A stretch of 51,112 nt of DNA from Craspedostauros australis (GCA_030167865.1 JALAGF010005853.1:1-51112); one strand, 5' to 3'. Numbered from the stretch's first letter, positions 1-12,076 are shown. The notes: a model not told the origin generated them from the letters alone. Program-made: numbers and translations.

Positions 1-60
1 TGCACTGGTCTGAGACGAAGTGAGCAAGGAGAGCATCCGATGAAAGGCAAACCAGCTTGC

Positions 61-114
61 AACAGCAACAACAACAACAACAACTACTACTACTACTGTT
101 ACTGTTACTGCTAC
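61..114. repeat. Compound trinucleotide microsatellite (CAA)n(CTA)n(CTGTTA)n
   Basis: Read directly: aacagcaacaacaacaacaacaactactactactactgttactgttactgctac. Confidence 0.85.
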
Positions 115-1679
115 TCTGACGAGAACGTGCATGGAGCGAAAGGGCGAGTGTGCAGGGCATCGGCGAGGACAGTTGTGAATGGAGCCAAAGTGTGGCGCGA
201 TTTTGCGAAATGATGGAGATGATGTGTTTTGTGTGATGTGTTTTGTGTCATNNNNNNNNNNNNNNNNNNNNNNNNNNNNNTGTTTTGTGACGAGCAGAAT
301 GTGGAATCATGCGCCACATGCTAACGTGTAATTAACGCGTACCAAACGACTGACACCTTCGGAAGCTAGTCCGTGACTGATCACCTCACGATAAATACAT
401 GAGAACAGCATAGAACCTTCGGCGAAAAACAACGGGCTTTGTGCTGTTGGATCCACGCGACTGAAATGAACATATAGATCGATCCATAAAACTTAAAACA
501 GTATATACATCAAAAATCGATCGGTTAATTATTTATAATGAGATTATAAGGAATACGAATATGTGCTTGGTTTGGATATCGCAGATGAAAAGTTAGAATG
601 TCCATTTCAAACGATTGGTCGACTCACTGATCGGGCTCCTAATAAATACTGTTCCAAGAAGGTTTGTTTCTATGTCCGACATTCCTATGGTACATGCCGC
701 ACCCTGCCAGCCATAGATGTTGAGTGCTGTACTCCTCTGTATTCGTAGAGTGGATTCCCATCCGTGGCGATGCATGTAATGCCATAGCCATAAGCTTCGA
801 CACATACAATGATACACACTCGTACAGCTGTAACAACTACCATCTCTCCAGAGTGCAGAATAGAACGCCCTGCTCGACTGTGGAGCACCACATTCGCTTC
901 AATTATCATACACAAGCCTGCGCCCCGTTTCTTCAATGAACAAAGGCGCTCCCTTTCCATTGCAGCACCTGCAACATTCGATCCCACAATGTGATTACGA
1001 GTAGAGTACTAGAAAACCAGTTGTGATCTGGTATGGCCGTGACCTGTAACATTGGATCCCAAAAGTTGTGAGTGCCTATCCAGTTCCACCGCTCCGGCTG
1101 GAAGGAACAGAGATCATCCACCTTTCGATTTTCCGGAAGGCTTCTTTCCCTTGATTGAAGATTGATCGTGAAGGATGACGAACAGATGGAGTGGCTGACG
1201 AGAAAAGACTTGGGGCAACTCCATGGCCTTCGTCGTCCATGCTCGGAGACATCCTCGGCTGAACCATGTCCGAGCTAGCCTCTGTGGAGCAGCATGAATG
1301 TCTGTCCCAGCCTGTGGGTACGAATACGGCCAGTTCCAGAGATCTGCTGTACTATCATTGCTCGCACTTGCCACATCATGGCGGGCGATTCCTCTTGTGG
1401 ACAAAAGTAAACGCTTTCCCTGGACAGATGCTGTATGTTCTGCGCAACACAGTGTGTACTCAAGTCGTTGTCTTGGAAGAGTGAATGACGCCAGCGATCT
1501 TGGTACTACTAATGTTATTCGAGAATGGAGCAGAAGGACATGTTCCGAGGGGTCTGTTGGACCGCTGCGTTTGTGATAGCTATTCGTGGAGCATTCAGTA
1601 CTGTCGAGTTCCGATTCTCCATTCTGCGTGCACACACCAGAAGATACACTCCATGGTACATACCGGTGAACACATTGGA

Positions 1680-3242
1680 TCAATGCCCACCTTCACCGCC
1701 GACATGCTCGTAGGACAACCAGATGATGCCTGCCACTGTGAGCAGCGCGCTGAGGAACCACTTCGTGACGACCTCGCGGCCCTTGATCTCCTCAAAGTAA
1801 AAGACGCCCCAGAGACCGCTGACGAGCAGCTGCGCCTGGCAGATGGAGAAGCCGACGGCCTGTCCCAGGTAGGCCACGGCGAGGATGGAGCAGAAGTTGC
1901 CGATGGAGTAGAACGTGCCGGCCATGAGACCCGGCAGGCCGAGCTTGCGGACGTGCCATGCCGGCAAGGCGTCGACGGCGTCCTTGATGATCTCCATGTA
2001 AGGCGTGGGCGTCTGTCCTGGGGCCTGCGGGTCCTGCTGGTACTTGGGCTTGTTGCAGGTGTTGAGGAGGTGGTAGCAGAAGAGGCCGATCCAGATGCAT
2101 ATGCAGACGATCATCGATCCGGCTCCGTAGGAAATGAGATAGGCGGCGCCGGTGATGCCCTGATCCCTGTGCGCGTAGTGCAGCGGGATGAGATTGAGGC
2201 CACCCCACGCCCCGTTGACGACGGCGCCCAGGATGCCCATCTGCCGTTTCGTGAGGATGAGGCGACCTCCCAACAGCACCACCGTTCCCTTGGTGCGACT
2301 CTGTTTGTTCTCCTCCGAATGCGGCTCGCCGGGGATTGGCTGGCCGTTGAGCAACGGAATCGACGCTTCCGAATTATCGCTGAGCTCGCCCGACACCGCG
2401 GTCATCTCCATCTCCATGGGCACGATGGTCGTTCCGGACGGTATGTTGACACCGCCGGAGAACGGTGCAGGCGCGATCTGCCCATTCTCGGGCGTGGCGA
2501 CCGGAACCGCGTGCAGACCATTGCTGCTGGTGCCGTTGCTGGCACCAGTTTTGGATGTTTTCCTCAGCCTGTTTCGGTTTCCATGTGTCGACGATGCAGA
2601 TTTGATGCTGTCCTCGTCGCTGCCTTGAAGGGTCGGCGGTGCGGTCGCCACCGTTCCATTCGGGACGCCGTCCGGTGTCAGTGACACCTTGTCGTACCCC
2701 ATGAAGCTGAGCGAGCTGAAGTACGATCCCGGGGCCGATCCCGGAGACGCAAAGAAGGTGGGCGACGAAGAGGAAGATGACTGCGTCTGTCGCGAGGGAT
2801 CCGCATAGACGCTCATTCCGATGAGGCCCATCATGAGGAAGACGAATGCCAGAACGGCGGAGACGATGCTCCTCACGCCCTCCTCGAAGATGACGATGCC
2901 AAAGAGGAAGGAAGTGCAGAGCTGGATGGAGGACCAGGTCCCGACCGAGATGGCCAGCCCCGCCTGACGGATGGCGTAAATGCCGCAGGCAGCGCCGGGC
3001 ACCCAGAACATGCCCGAGACGATGCCCCACGGCGTGAAGACCACCTCTTCGCCCAGGAAGATGACCAGCCACGAGGTGAGGAAGCAGACCATGGTCTTGT
3101 AGCTCTGCATGACGAAGAAGTTGACCTCCACGTTGACCTTCGTCTTCAGCGGCACTCCGAACGTTCCCCATGCTATTGCTGCGAGGATGGCCGCCGACCA
3201 GCCGCAGCCTTCGCCGCAGCCATCGAATACAGAAGTGGGCAT
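1680..3242 (-). CDS. TMEM144-like drug/metabolite transporter (DMT) superfamily membrane protein, 520 aa, single exon
   Basis: Two hydrophobic 5-TM halves separated by a long polar loop. Motifs AWGTFGVPLK, FTPWGIVSGMFWVPG, AGLAISVGTWS, GLMAGTFYSIGNFCSILAV, LGQAVGFSICQ and VSGLWGVFYFEEIKG match my recollection of the TMEM144 family. Confidence 0.85.
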   Translation of the reverse strand: MPTSVFDGCGEGCGWSAAILAAIAWGTFGVPLKTKVNVEVNFFVMQSYKTMVCFLTSWLVIFLGEEVVFTPWGIVSGMFWVPGAACGIYAIRQAGLAISVGTWSSIQLCTSFLFGIVIFEEGVRSIVSAVLAFVFLMMGLIGMSVYADPSRQTQSSSSSSPTFFASPGSAPGSYFSSLSFMGYDKVSLTPDGVPNGTVATAPPTLQGSDEDSIKSASSTHGNRNRLRKTSKTGASNGTSSNGLHAVPVATPENGQIAPAPFSGGVNIPSGTTIVPMEMEMTAVSGELSDNSEASIPLLNGQPIPGEPHSEENKQSRTKGTVVLLGGRLILTKRQMGILGAVVNGAWGGLNLIPLHYAHRDQGITGAAYLISYGAGSMIVCICIWIGLFCYHLLNTCNKPKYQQDPQAPGQTPTPYMEIIKDAVDALPAWHVRKLGLPGLMAGTFYSIGNFCSILAVAYLGQAVGFSICQAQLLVSGLWGVFYFEEIKGREVVTKWFLSALLTVAGIIWLSYEHVGGEGGH

Positions 3243-4153
3243 GAGCCTTTCGTTGGTCGAATCGCCAAAGACAATAGATACACCGAAGAAGCACTCGTCG
3301 AATCCAACAGGAGCCGGACTTTTTGGTCTGCGGCTGAAATCAATTCAATTCAATTCAATTCGATCTGATTCAATTGATTGACTGGTCTGATTGCCTTTCG
3401 TGTGTTATCTATCCAGAGTGCACAATGAGTATTGAAGCGGGTTGTAAGTGTTCTCTGATGATGGAATGGAGGCGTCCCAAGAATGAGGATGGCGCGAATC
3501 GTCACGAGAATGACAATGATGGTGTGTTCATGCGGCTTGCGACAGGAGATGTCTTCCACGCTGGTTTGCCCAGTGTTTGCTGCCGCCGTTGCTGTTGCCA
3601 CCATGGCGGAAGCGGAACATCGTTGTTCTTGTTTCTTCTCTTCTTGTTCTCGTTCTGTGTGACTGTAGCGTCATTCTGCACAGGATTCATCTCGTGAATG
3701 GGTCATTTAATCATTCGAGTCGACAATATCGTGGCGAGGTAATTGCAGTTTAGTCATAATGAGCCGTAGCTTCTGAATCGTTCCAACAACGAATTGATCG
3801 GCCTTTCTCAAGCGGGATTGACAATGGCCTTTCGTCATTGTCTTCGCAAATTGTTTCAATCCCACTATTATAAATTATTCACCGCAACTACCAAGAGCTT
3901 CTTCGAATCTTTCATTTTTGTCCCTCCGACGAGCGTTTTCTGTTGTGCGCAGCACTCAACCATCCCCACAGCATCATCCTCGAGGCCATTCCGCAGCATC
4001 AAACACAAGATCATCATAACTATCCGCTTGGTGATCCTGCCATACTCGTCCTCGCAGCTTGCCATCGCGCCGCACCAACCCCACAGCAGATAACTGCTAT
4101 AATAATACAGAGTCGATTCGAAAGAGAAGAAGCAACCAAACGCGGCCCTCCAA

Positions 4154-5401
4154 ATGACAGACCAGCAACAGCCTCCGGCGCCGGCATGGAATCATTCGAG
4201 CATCACCAACGGAAACAGCGGAAACAACGGCAACAATGGCAACAATGGCAACAACGGCGGCACCATGATGAACCACATCAACCACAAACCCATCGGTAGC
4301 ACAGAATCCATGAGGAACGAGAGCGCTGCGTTGCTTGGCGGATCGAGTGCTCCCATGATCAACCAATCGTCGAACGTGCTGGTGCAGTACCAGCTGAATG
4401 ACCTCTCGCGTCGCGCGCGGATCAATTACTTCCTTGCTTTGGTATGTCTTGTAGTTGTGGCAGTCAACATCGTGCTGCTCTACCTCACCTACGTTCTTCT
4501 TCCGGACGATGACGACGAAGATGATGGTGAGAACGCCACTCCTGCTGCCGCTGCGGACGATCACCCAGCCATCAAGGCGCGCACTGTCCACCTCATCGAA
4601 TTCTGGATTTCCTTCGTCTACGCCATCACGGACGCGTACGCCTTGGCGGCATCGCCCAAGACCACCAAGACCATCTACGACAAGCCGCTCGTGCTCAAGC
4701 TGCTGCTCTTCGTCAACATCATCGCATCGTTGGTGCCGGCCATTCTCATCACGCTCGACACGGAGTACTTTGAACACACGTCTCACGAATTGGAGTACAT
4801 CAACGAATTCACGACGTCCTTCGTCACGCTCATTCTGCTGACGTCGTTGCTGCGGCTTCCTGCGGCCGACGAAGATGTGATGGTGGAGTCGGATGTGGAG
4901 AACGGCATCATTTCGGAACAAAAGGTCCTGAAATGTGAGCAGGTCAATGCCAAAGCATCCGTGCCACCCACGAAGGCGACAGTGAAGACGTCGCAATCCA
5001 CACCGTCATTGTCAACAAGCAACGGCTCGACGCCGCGCGACACATGGTCCATCGTCATGGGCCTGCTGGCCTGCTGCGTCGCCGTCGCCACCTTCACCGT
5101 CTACAACATATCCAAAGAACAGTACGCTCATTACTGCGAATTCACATTCAACATACTGACGGCGTCCATCACATTCTGGTTCTGCATGGACAATCGCTTC
5201 GTCGCTCTCATGGAGGTTGGCCAGATCCTGTATGGCAAACACGATGACTGCTTGCTGTGTCAGACGCGGCAGACGGATTATCAAACGAAACGGCGATCCA
5301 GCATGCGATGGAGGTCGATGTACGGTGCGATGGGACGACCCGGTATCAGTTTCGGGCCGCTGCTAGCGTCCAGCGCGTCGCGGTCGACGTCGATGGGATG
5401 A
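4154..5401 (+). CDS. Uncharacterised 6-TM membrane protein with three H-x-x-E-[FY] motifs and a C-terminal CxxC, 415 aa
   Basis: Intact ATG-to-TGA ORF with GC3-rich codons and six hydrophobic segments. HLIEF (4589), HELEY (4784) and HYCEF (5129) start TM2, TM4 and TM6. HDDCLLC follows TM6. The N-terminus has an Asn/Gly low-complexity tract. Confidence 0.85.
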   Translation: MTDQQQPPAPAWNHSSITNGNSGNNGNNGNNGNNGGTMMNHINHKPIGSTESMRNESAALLGGSSAPMINQSSNVLVQYQLNDLSRRARINYFLALVCLVVVAVNIVLLYLTYVLLPDDDDEDDGENATPAAAADDHPAIKARTVHLIEFWISFVYAITDAYALAASPKTTKTIYDKPLVLKLLLFVNIIASLVPAILITLDTEYFEHTSHELEYINEFTTSFVTLILLTSLLRLPAADEDVMVESDVENGIISEQKVLKCEQVNAKASVPPTKATVKTSQSTPSLSTSNGSTPRDTWSIVMGLLACCVAVATFTVYNISKEQYAHYCEFTFNILTASITFWFCMDNRFVALMEVGQILYGKHDDCLLCQTRQTDYQTKRRSSMRWRSMYGAMGRPGISFGPLLASSASRSTSMG

Positions 5402-5786
5402 AATGGAGGTTTGGTATGCACCGTGCTCGTCCTATTAGAGTACCATGTGTCTGATACCAGTCGAGTGTGTGAGATACCCTGCAAGGCATGAGCCTGTGGC
5501 ATTGACATGCTCCAAGTTTCCGGCGTCGACAAAGGCATCCGCAAATCACATAGCACAAATTCCAAGACAGTTTTGGTAGACCTAAAGTCTATTGTTTTAG
5601 TTTGTTTCTGTGTTGCTGATTTTTTGTTTGTTTTTGTTGGTTCATTGTTCTGAGTGTTTTCTGCTTGTTGATCTGCTTGTTTCATGTATGTTTTTGAGGA
5701 GTTGTTGATGCTGCCGAGCACGACAGGCAGCCGGGGCATGGGAACGTACGAGCACACCATGCGTGCGAGCATGCTGCCGCTCTGTT

Positions 5787-8700
5787 CTAGACCAGCTTGT
5801 CAATTCCTTGCTTCATGGCGTTCTTGGTGATATTCTCCTTGGGGGACTTTGCAGGGAGGAGCGTCAATCCGTTCAAGGTGACGATCAGCATTCCGCCGAC
5901 GTCGCTTGCGATTGCTGCCCACAAAGCTGCCTGACCAGCCAAGGCAAAGCCAAGGACCACGAACTTGACGGCGATGCTGAAGACCACGTTCTCCTTGATC
6001 TTGCGGATCACCCTGCGACCCATGTCGATGCTGTAAACCAGCTTTTCGAGGTTGGAGTCAAGAAGGGTGACATCTGCGGTTTCCATCGCCAGAGCAGCAC
6101 CTGCTCCCATCGCCACACCGATGTTGGCGGTGGCAAGAGCCGGGGCGTCATTAACACCATCTCCGCACATGAGAACCTGCGCTGGACGGGAGCAGAGGTT
6201 GGTGAGGAAGGATCCGCCGTTCTGCGCACCGTCTTCGTCACCATCGATGGTACCTTTGGCACCGCGGTACTCGTACTTGAGCCCTTCGACGAACTCCAGC
6301 TTCTCCTCCGGCAACAATCGACCCATGGTCTCGTGAGGGGCGAGGCCGACGGTCTTGCCAATCACATTGGCCACGTCCTGGTTGTCACCGGTCAGCATGG
6401 TCATGGCGATGCCCATCTTGCGGAGTTTGCGCACCACCTGCTCGGATTCTGGACGGATCGCGTCAGCAACACAGTAAGAGCAGACAATTCCGTTGCCTTC
6501 AATGCTCATCATACCAACGGTGCCGCCGTTGGCCTCCCATTCCTTCGCTTCGTTCATGCGACCCTCTGGGAGAGCAGAAAGGAGTCCAAGGCGCTCGAAC
6601 ATTCGCAAGTTACCCACGTGAACGCGCTTGTTGTCAATGATGCCGGTGACACCCTCGCCAGCGAGGAATGTGTGATCGGCCACAAACATGCTGTCCGGGA
6701 TGGAGATGCCTTCGTTCTTGACGGCCTGGACGATGGACTCAGCAAGCGGATGCGACGCTCTCTCTTCCATACATGCGAACACCTGCAGGATGTGCTCCCG
6801 CCCAAGTGGTCTCGCGAAGGGATCTTCAGATGGGCTCTTCGCATCGTCAATCAGAGACAAATGGAGCAGCTGGAACTTGCCCTGGGTGAGAGTACCCGTC
6901 TTGTCGAAACAGATGTGACGGACTTGTCCGAGTGCTTCCAAGTCTGCACAGGACGGTCGCGTGCGTGTGCCAAGGTTGGTTGATCGATTGATTGATCGTA
7001 TGATGGATGAATAAGACAGGTAAAAAAGAGCAGATCGAGGGGTGGAATCTGTGAGCTGGAAGAGGTGTTGCGGACAAGTTGGAAGAAGGTGCGAATGGTG
7101 CGGTTTTGCTTGTGCCACCATACTCGCACACTGTATCGTTCGCCGCGATGCTGCTGTGTCAACAGGACCCCAGCAAACAACGGCGGCAGCAGATTGTTAA
7201 ACATCATTCGGTCGTCCGTTCATTCGTTCAGCCCAACAGGCATGCTCGCATCACTTACGGGCTCCACCTTTGACCAGCACTCCACGTTGAGCCGTTGCTG
7301 CCAATCCTGCAACGTAGGATACGGGAGTGGAGATGATCAATGCGCATGGGCATGCCACCACCAACAACACAAGTCCATTGTGGGTCCATTCCATGCCAGT
7401 ATCGCGCCCGAACGCCCAGGGGATGGTGCACATCAGCAACGCCGAAAGGACGACGACGGGGGTGTAGACACGGGCAAAGTCATCCACGAGCTTCTCGGTA
7501 CCGGATCTGTTGGCCTGCGCCTCTTCGACCAAGCGGATCAGGCGAGACACGGCGGAATCCTCGGATGTGGCCGTGGTCTGGACAACCAACTGCGTGGATC
7601 CGGAGTTGACGGTACCACCGCTGATCACGTCGCCTGGAGCCTTGCGTACTGGTCTGGATTCACCCGTGAGGGATGATTCGTCGACTGTGGAAGCACCCTC
7701 CACCACGATGCCATCGCAAGGGAACTTGTCACCTGTTCTGACAGACACCATGGCTCCGACCGGCACAGATCTGGCCGACACCACAATGACTTCCTTGGTC
7801 TTTGGATGGATGATGTTGGCGGAATCAGGACGGAGCCTGACGATGGCAGACAGCGCGTTGCGAGCCTTCGCTGTGGCCTTCACCTCGAGCCACTCGGACA
7901 GTGCGAAGAGGAACGTGACCGCAGCTGCTTCCGTGAACTCCTGCAGCGCCAGAGCACCGAGGGATGCGGAGAACATCAAGCAATTGGTGTCGAGCTGGTA
8001 ACGACGGATGCTTTGAAAGGCCTTCGCGGCGATGGGAGGGATGCCAAAGAAGACCGAAAGGAGGGCGACGTACTTGAGGTGCTCCCAGTCACCTCCGATG
8101 AAGGAGAGCATAGAAACGATCCAGAAGATGCCAGATGCGATGATGGTTGGACGGAGGGTGGCCTTTTCGTGCTTGACGTCATCATCGTTATCAGCATGTC
8201 TGTTGGCGTCGTTGTCTGCCTTCTTTGAGTTTTCCTCGAAGTCCCACTTCACAAAGTCTCCACCATCCCTTGCGAGGCTGATGATGGGTGCGGTAGCGTC
8301 GCCGTTGCCGATCTTTTTGGTCATGACTTGCTTAAGTTCATTCGCGTTGATGGTGAGGGGGTTGTGGACCACGACGATGCGCAATGAACCAATCTTAGCC
8401 TCAGTATCGTCGCCATCCATTTTCTTCTGCAGGTTGAATGACTCGACCTTGGTCTTGGGAAGAGTCTTGAGGTAGTTGTTGAGTGCAGTGCTGACGCCAT
8501 CCATCGCATTTGCTTCGCCGAAGCTGATTTCGAAGATGGAGGACACGAGCGACTTGGTTGCGGCTTGAGTGGCGAGCTGGGTGCTTGCATCTTGCTTGAT
8601 ATGAGCCCCGAAGCGCGCATCGTTGAGCGCACCAGCAATGTCGTCGATCGTGGTGATGGAGGTGTCGTGATCAATGTACACCTGCAGTCGGAGGTTGCGT

Positions 8701-10989
8701 CATGCGCGACAAGCGAAGATGGGGGGAGGAATGCGTTGTGAAGCACATAGTTTTGGGAGTTTGTGAGCGTCGGCGGCTCCGTTGAAGTGGATGGTACAGG
8801 GATCATCATTTCTCTCTGCAATACTCCGACAACACGTGCAGGCTGCAAAAGAAACACAACGCGAACTTACCAGCTTGTTGGTGGTGTTGATAGAGACCCT
8901 TTCCACGCCTGCAAAGGGCTTGACAATTCCGTTGACGACTGGCACTTCGCTGGCACAGCAGATCTTTTCCACGAAGAGCACGGAACGACCAACCGATTCC
9001 CTCTTCGCCTTTTGTGCAATGAGATCTTCTCCATCCGTGTCGATAGTGGAAGGGAAGTTCGCTGCACTCAAAGCATTGGCGATGGTTTGCGCGCTAGCCT
9101 TACGGATGTCATGATCCACCAAGATCTTGCGCAGAGCGACGTTGAAGCTGCAGTCCGTGACGCCATCGACACCGGCGATGATCTTCTTGAGGATCAGGAC
9201 CTCGGAGGAGCAACACATGGCATTGCAAATGAAGGTCGACTTGGCGACAGCATCCATCATGTAGCTTGCCTGGTTTGCTTCGTCGTTTGGCATGATAGTC
9301 GTGATGGTGTGGTCATCATCGGCCGATTTGCTACATTTGCCACCGGAGCAGCAGGACTTGGGGACTTCTTCCACTGGTTTTGGCTTGCTGCATTTGCCGG
9401 AGTTGCAGCAACCCTTCGATTCATGCACATGCTTGTGCCCAAGATCATGTCCATGTCCATGTCCATGCCCATGATCGTGCTTGTGGTCATGGGTGGATGC
9501 TTTGCTGGAACACTTGCCTCCGGAGCTGCGACAACCTTTCGATTCATGCACATGCTTGTGTCCATGTCCATGCTTGTGTCCATGATCGTGCTTGTGGTCA
9601 TGGGTGGACACTTTGCTGGAACACTTGCCGCCAGAGCCGCAGCAACCCTTCGGTTCCTCGTCCACAACCGCAGGAGGCTCCGGAGCGACGGCCGACTTGG
9701 AGCACGCGCCGTGATCCGCGCAAGTGCCGTCAACGCAGCATGGCGCGCGGTAGACCTTCTTCTTGCGGTTGCACTTGCTGCCCCCACTGGCATCGCCGTC
9801 ATCGAGGGCTTCGCGGAAGGCGGACAATGCCTCTGAGCGAAACGCCTGGACCAGCGCAGAAGTGTTGGGCTCGAAGAGGCTCGTGATGGAGAAGGTGTTG
9901 AGCTTGGGAGGCGGGACCTGGAAGAAGTGGAAGCGGATGTTGTTGCCTCCGGTTTCTTCGTTGCTGATCTCGCGGGTGTCGAGCAACGGGATGGTTCCGT
10001 GGTAGTCATGGTCATCGCAGCTGTCGCAAAAGTGTTCCAAGTGCAAGTTGCCTGTTTCCTTGTCGTGAACCAAGAAATCTTCATGATCATCATGCTGCAC
10101 ATGAAGTGGAGTGGAATAGATACACGATGCCATGCAAGAATGCAGTGCAGGGTGAGATAGACAGCGACATGGAGAACGGAGAATGAAGAGTGAAGGCAAG
10201 CGTACAAGCAAGTGGGAAGGCGGGAGAAAGGGGTGAGATGATACTCCACAATGATACAGAGCGCGCCTCCCGCCCCACCGCAGGGTCTGCCTGCGCAAGG
10301 ATATTATTTCGCAGAGTGTCGCGCTAGAAACAGAAAACGGAACACTGTCAGAAGTCTGTCAGGAGTCTGTCTGCCTCGAACTTTCTCACCTTCACAGGGT
10401 AGAGTCTCTTGCCGTGGATCTGGCTGTGCTTGTCGCTCTTGCCGAGCTGCTCTCGGACCTTCTTGGAGTTGCAGACGTTGGGCAACGCCTGGGAGATGGC
10501 GATGGCATGCTGCTTGTGATGGTGCGCCGCGTCGTCATCTTCCACGTGCAAGGTGAGCGTCGCGAGCTTGGAGACGTCGTTGGCCTTGTGGTGATCGTTG
10601 CAGGTCTTGGGATCGTGGACGTGGGAGTGGATATGCGGAGTATCCACGCCGCAGAAGCAGGGTTCGTCAGGAAGACCGTGTTTGCCTTCTTCGTCGAAGC
10701 ACTGCGTGAGCAGGTCGTCCGCGTCGTGGCCGTGCGAAGAGAAGCAGAGCTTGCGGATGTCGCCGTCGTAGCCGAAGGAACGCACGTCGCCGTCTGCGTC
10801 GTAGACGAACATGGAGTTGCCGTTCTCATCGACGACCGCCAAGCAGAGAGCGTCGTCATCGCGGTCACAGCAAGGATGTTCGTGCTTGCTGGGATCGTCA
10901 TGGGGGTGCTTGTCGCAGCTGTGCTTGCATCCTTCCGAGATCAAGGAAAGCGGCTTGTCGCCGTCGCTGCAGCACTTCCCATGCTTCAT
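5787..10989 (-). CDS. Heavy-metal P1B-type ATPase (Zn/Cd, P1B-2-like), 4 exons, 1467 aa
   Basis: Exons 10989-10390, 10094-8871, 8681-7259 and 6943-5787. All introns are GT-AG and in frame, giving junctions YPVK/HDDH, NKL/VYID and KGGA-H-LEALG. Motifs: VDESSLTGES, ACPCALIISTP, DKTGT, SHP, MLTGD, GDGVNDAPALA, plus two CCxSE heavy-metal-associated domains. Confidence 0.95.
9325..9650 (-). repeat. Coding tandem duplication encoding K-G/S-C-C-x-S-G-(G)-K-C-S followed by His-rich tracts
   Basis: Four copies of the Cys motif. The first two are each followed by near-identical STHDHKHDHGH...GHKHVHES, with units of about 111-123 nt visible in the DNA. Confidence 0.9.
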
Positions 10990-12076
10990 GGTGGTGCCTT
11001 GCTTGCGTTGCTTCAGTTGCTCCAGTCACTTTGCCCGTAGCTCTGTTGGATGGAAGATTTGCTTTGCGTTGCTTTGGTTGTGTGGCTGGTGCGCACTCCC
11101 AATTTGTGGAACGGATCAGTGTGATAGCGCAAAGATTGCGAGCGTTCCTCCACAGTTTCGCTTCGACCTTCACAGAGGTGGTGGCTGGACGCAACCAAAG
11201 CTTGTTGATGCACACTCTCCGTTGGTTGAACAACATCCAAGAACAGACACAAGAAACCGCGTGGGGTTCGCAAGAACAGTGTTCCGTCGCAGTGATCCAA
11301 TTTGCGTCAGTTCCGCGACTGTGAAGGAACGCCACTCTCTTCGCATGTGTTCTTTTCGGACAATTTCGTTAGCGATCGAAGCATGTTGGTTGCGAGCCAT
11401 CATTGAAGCAAGTCATTACACGTATGAAACCCAAGTAAGATGAAAAGGGGTAAAGATGCCGATTATGAGTCTTATCGATGTCGTGCGAGTCTGTGCAACT
11501 GCTTCGCTGTTGTGTCATTCCTGATTGGTGCGCATGTCTACCTAGTAACGTCAATTAAACGGTTTTGCACATATTCTGGTTTGCGCGAACCGTCATTGAT
11601 AGACTACATCTTTGCAATTATTACTCTGCCTATTCAAAACCTACTGGTGGGAAATAGTGTCTTAGACCAAGACGTACTTCGCACACCAACGAAAAGTGAA
11701 AAAGTTCTCTGATAGGCGTCGCTGACACATCCCACCAAGACCATGGGCGACGAAGGCACACCTTCACAATGTACATCCACAATGCGCATTCGCAACGCAT
11801 CCACAAAGCATCCACAACACGACAGAGAACAGAACGCAAAGCACTGCCCACATCAGTTGTGAGAAGGCAACATCGGTGGGAGCGAAACAATGCGAACAAC
11901 AAATTCGAAGTTCGAACCGCACACCACAATTCAAGGGAGCAACGACCTTCACAAGCGCTGTCAGCATCTCCTTCACAAACCAAGAACACAAACCTGTCGA
12001 AGGTTCATCGCCTTCCCATTGTGATCACAAATCAACACAATTCCGCAATTGCACAATTTCACAAAGCACGTAAACC

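Noticed and set aside
222..290. TGTGTTTTGTGTGA repeat flanking the first gap as a telomere
   Set aside because: Only two to three units are visible, the site is internal and it is not TTAGGG-like. More likely a collapsed simple repeat.
11900..11930. GTTCGAACC T-loop-like motif (also GGTTCGAC near 35182) as tRNA
   Set aside because: I could not build acceptor, D or anticodon stems around either site.
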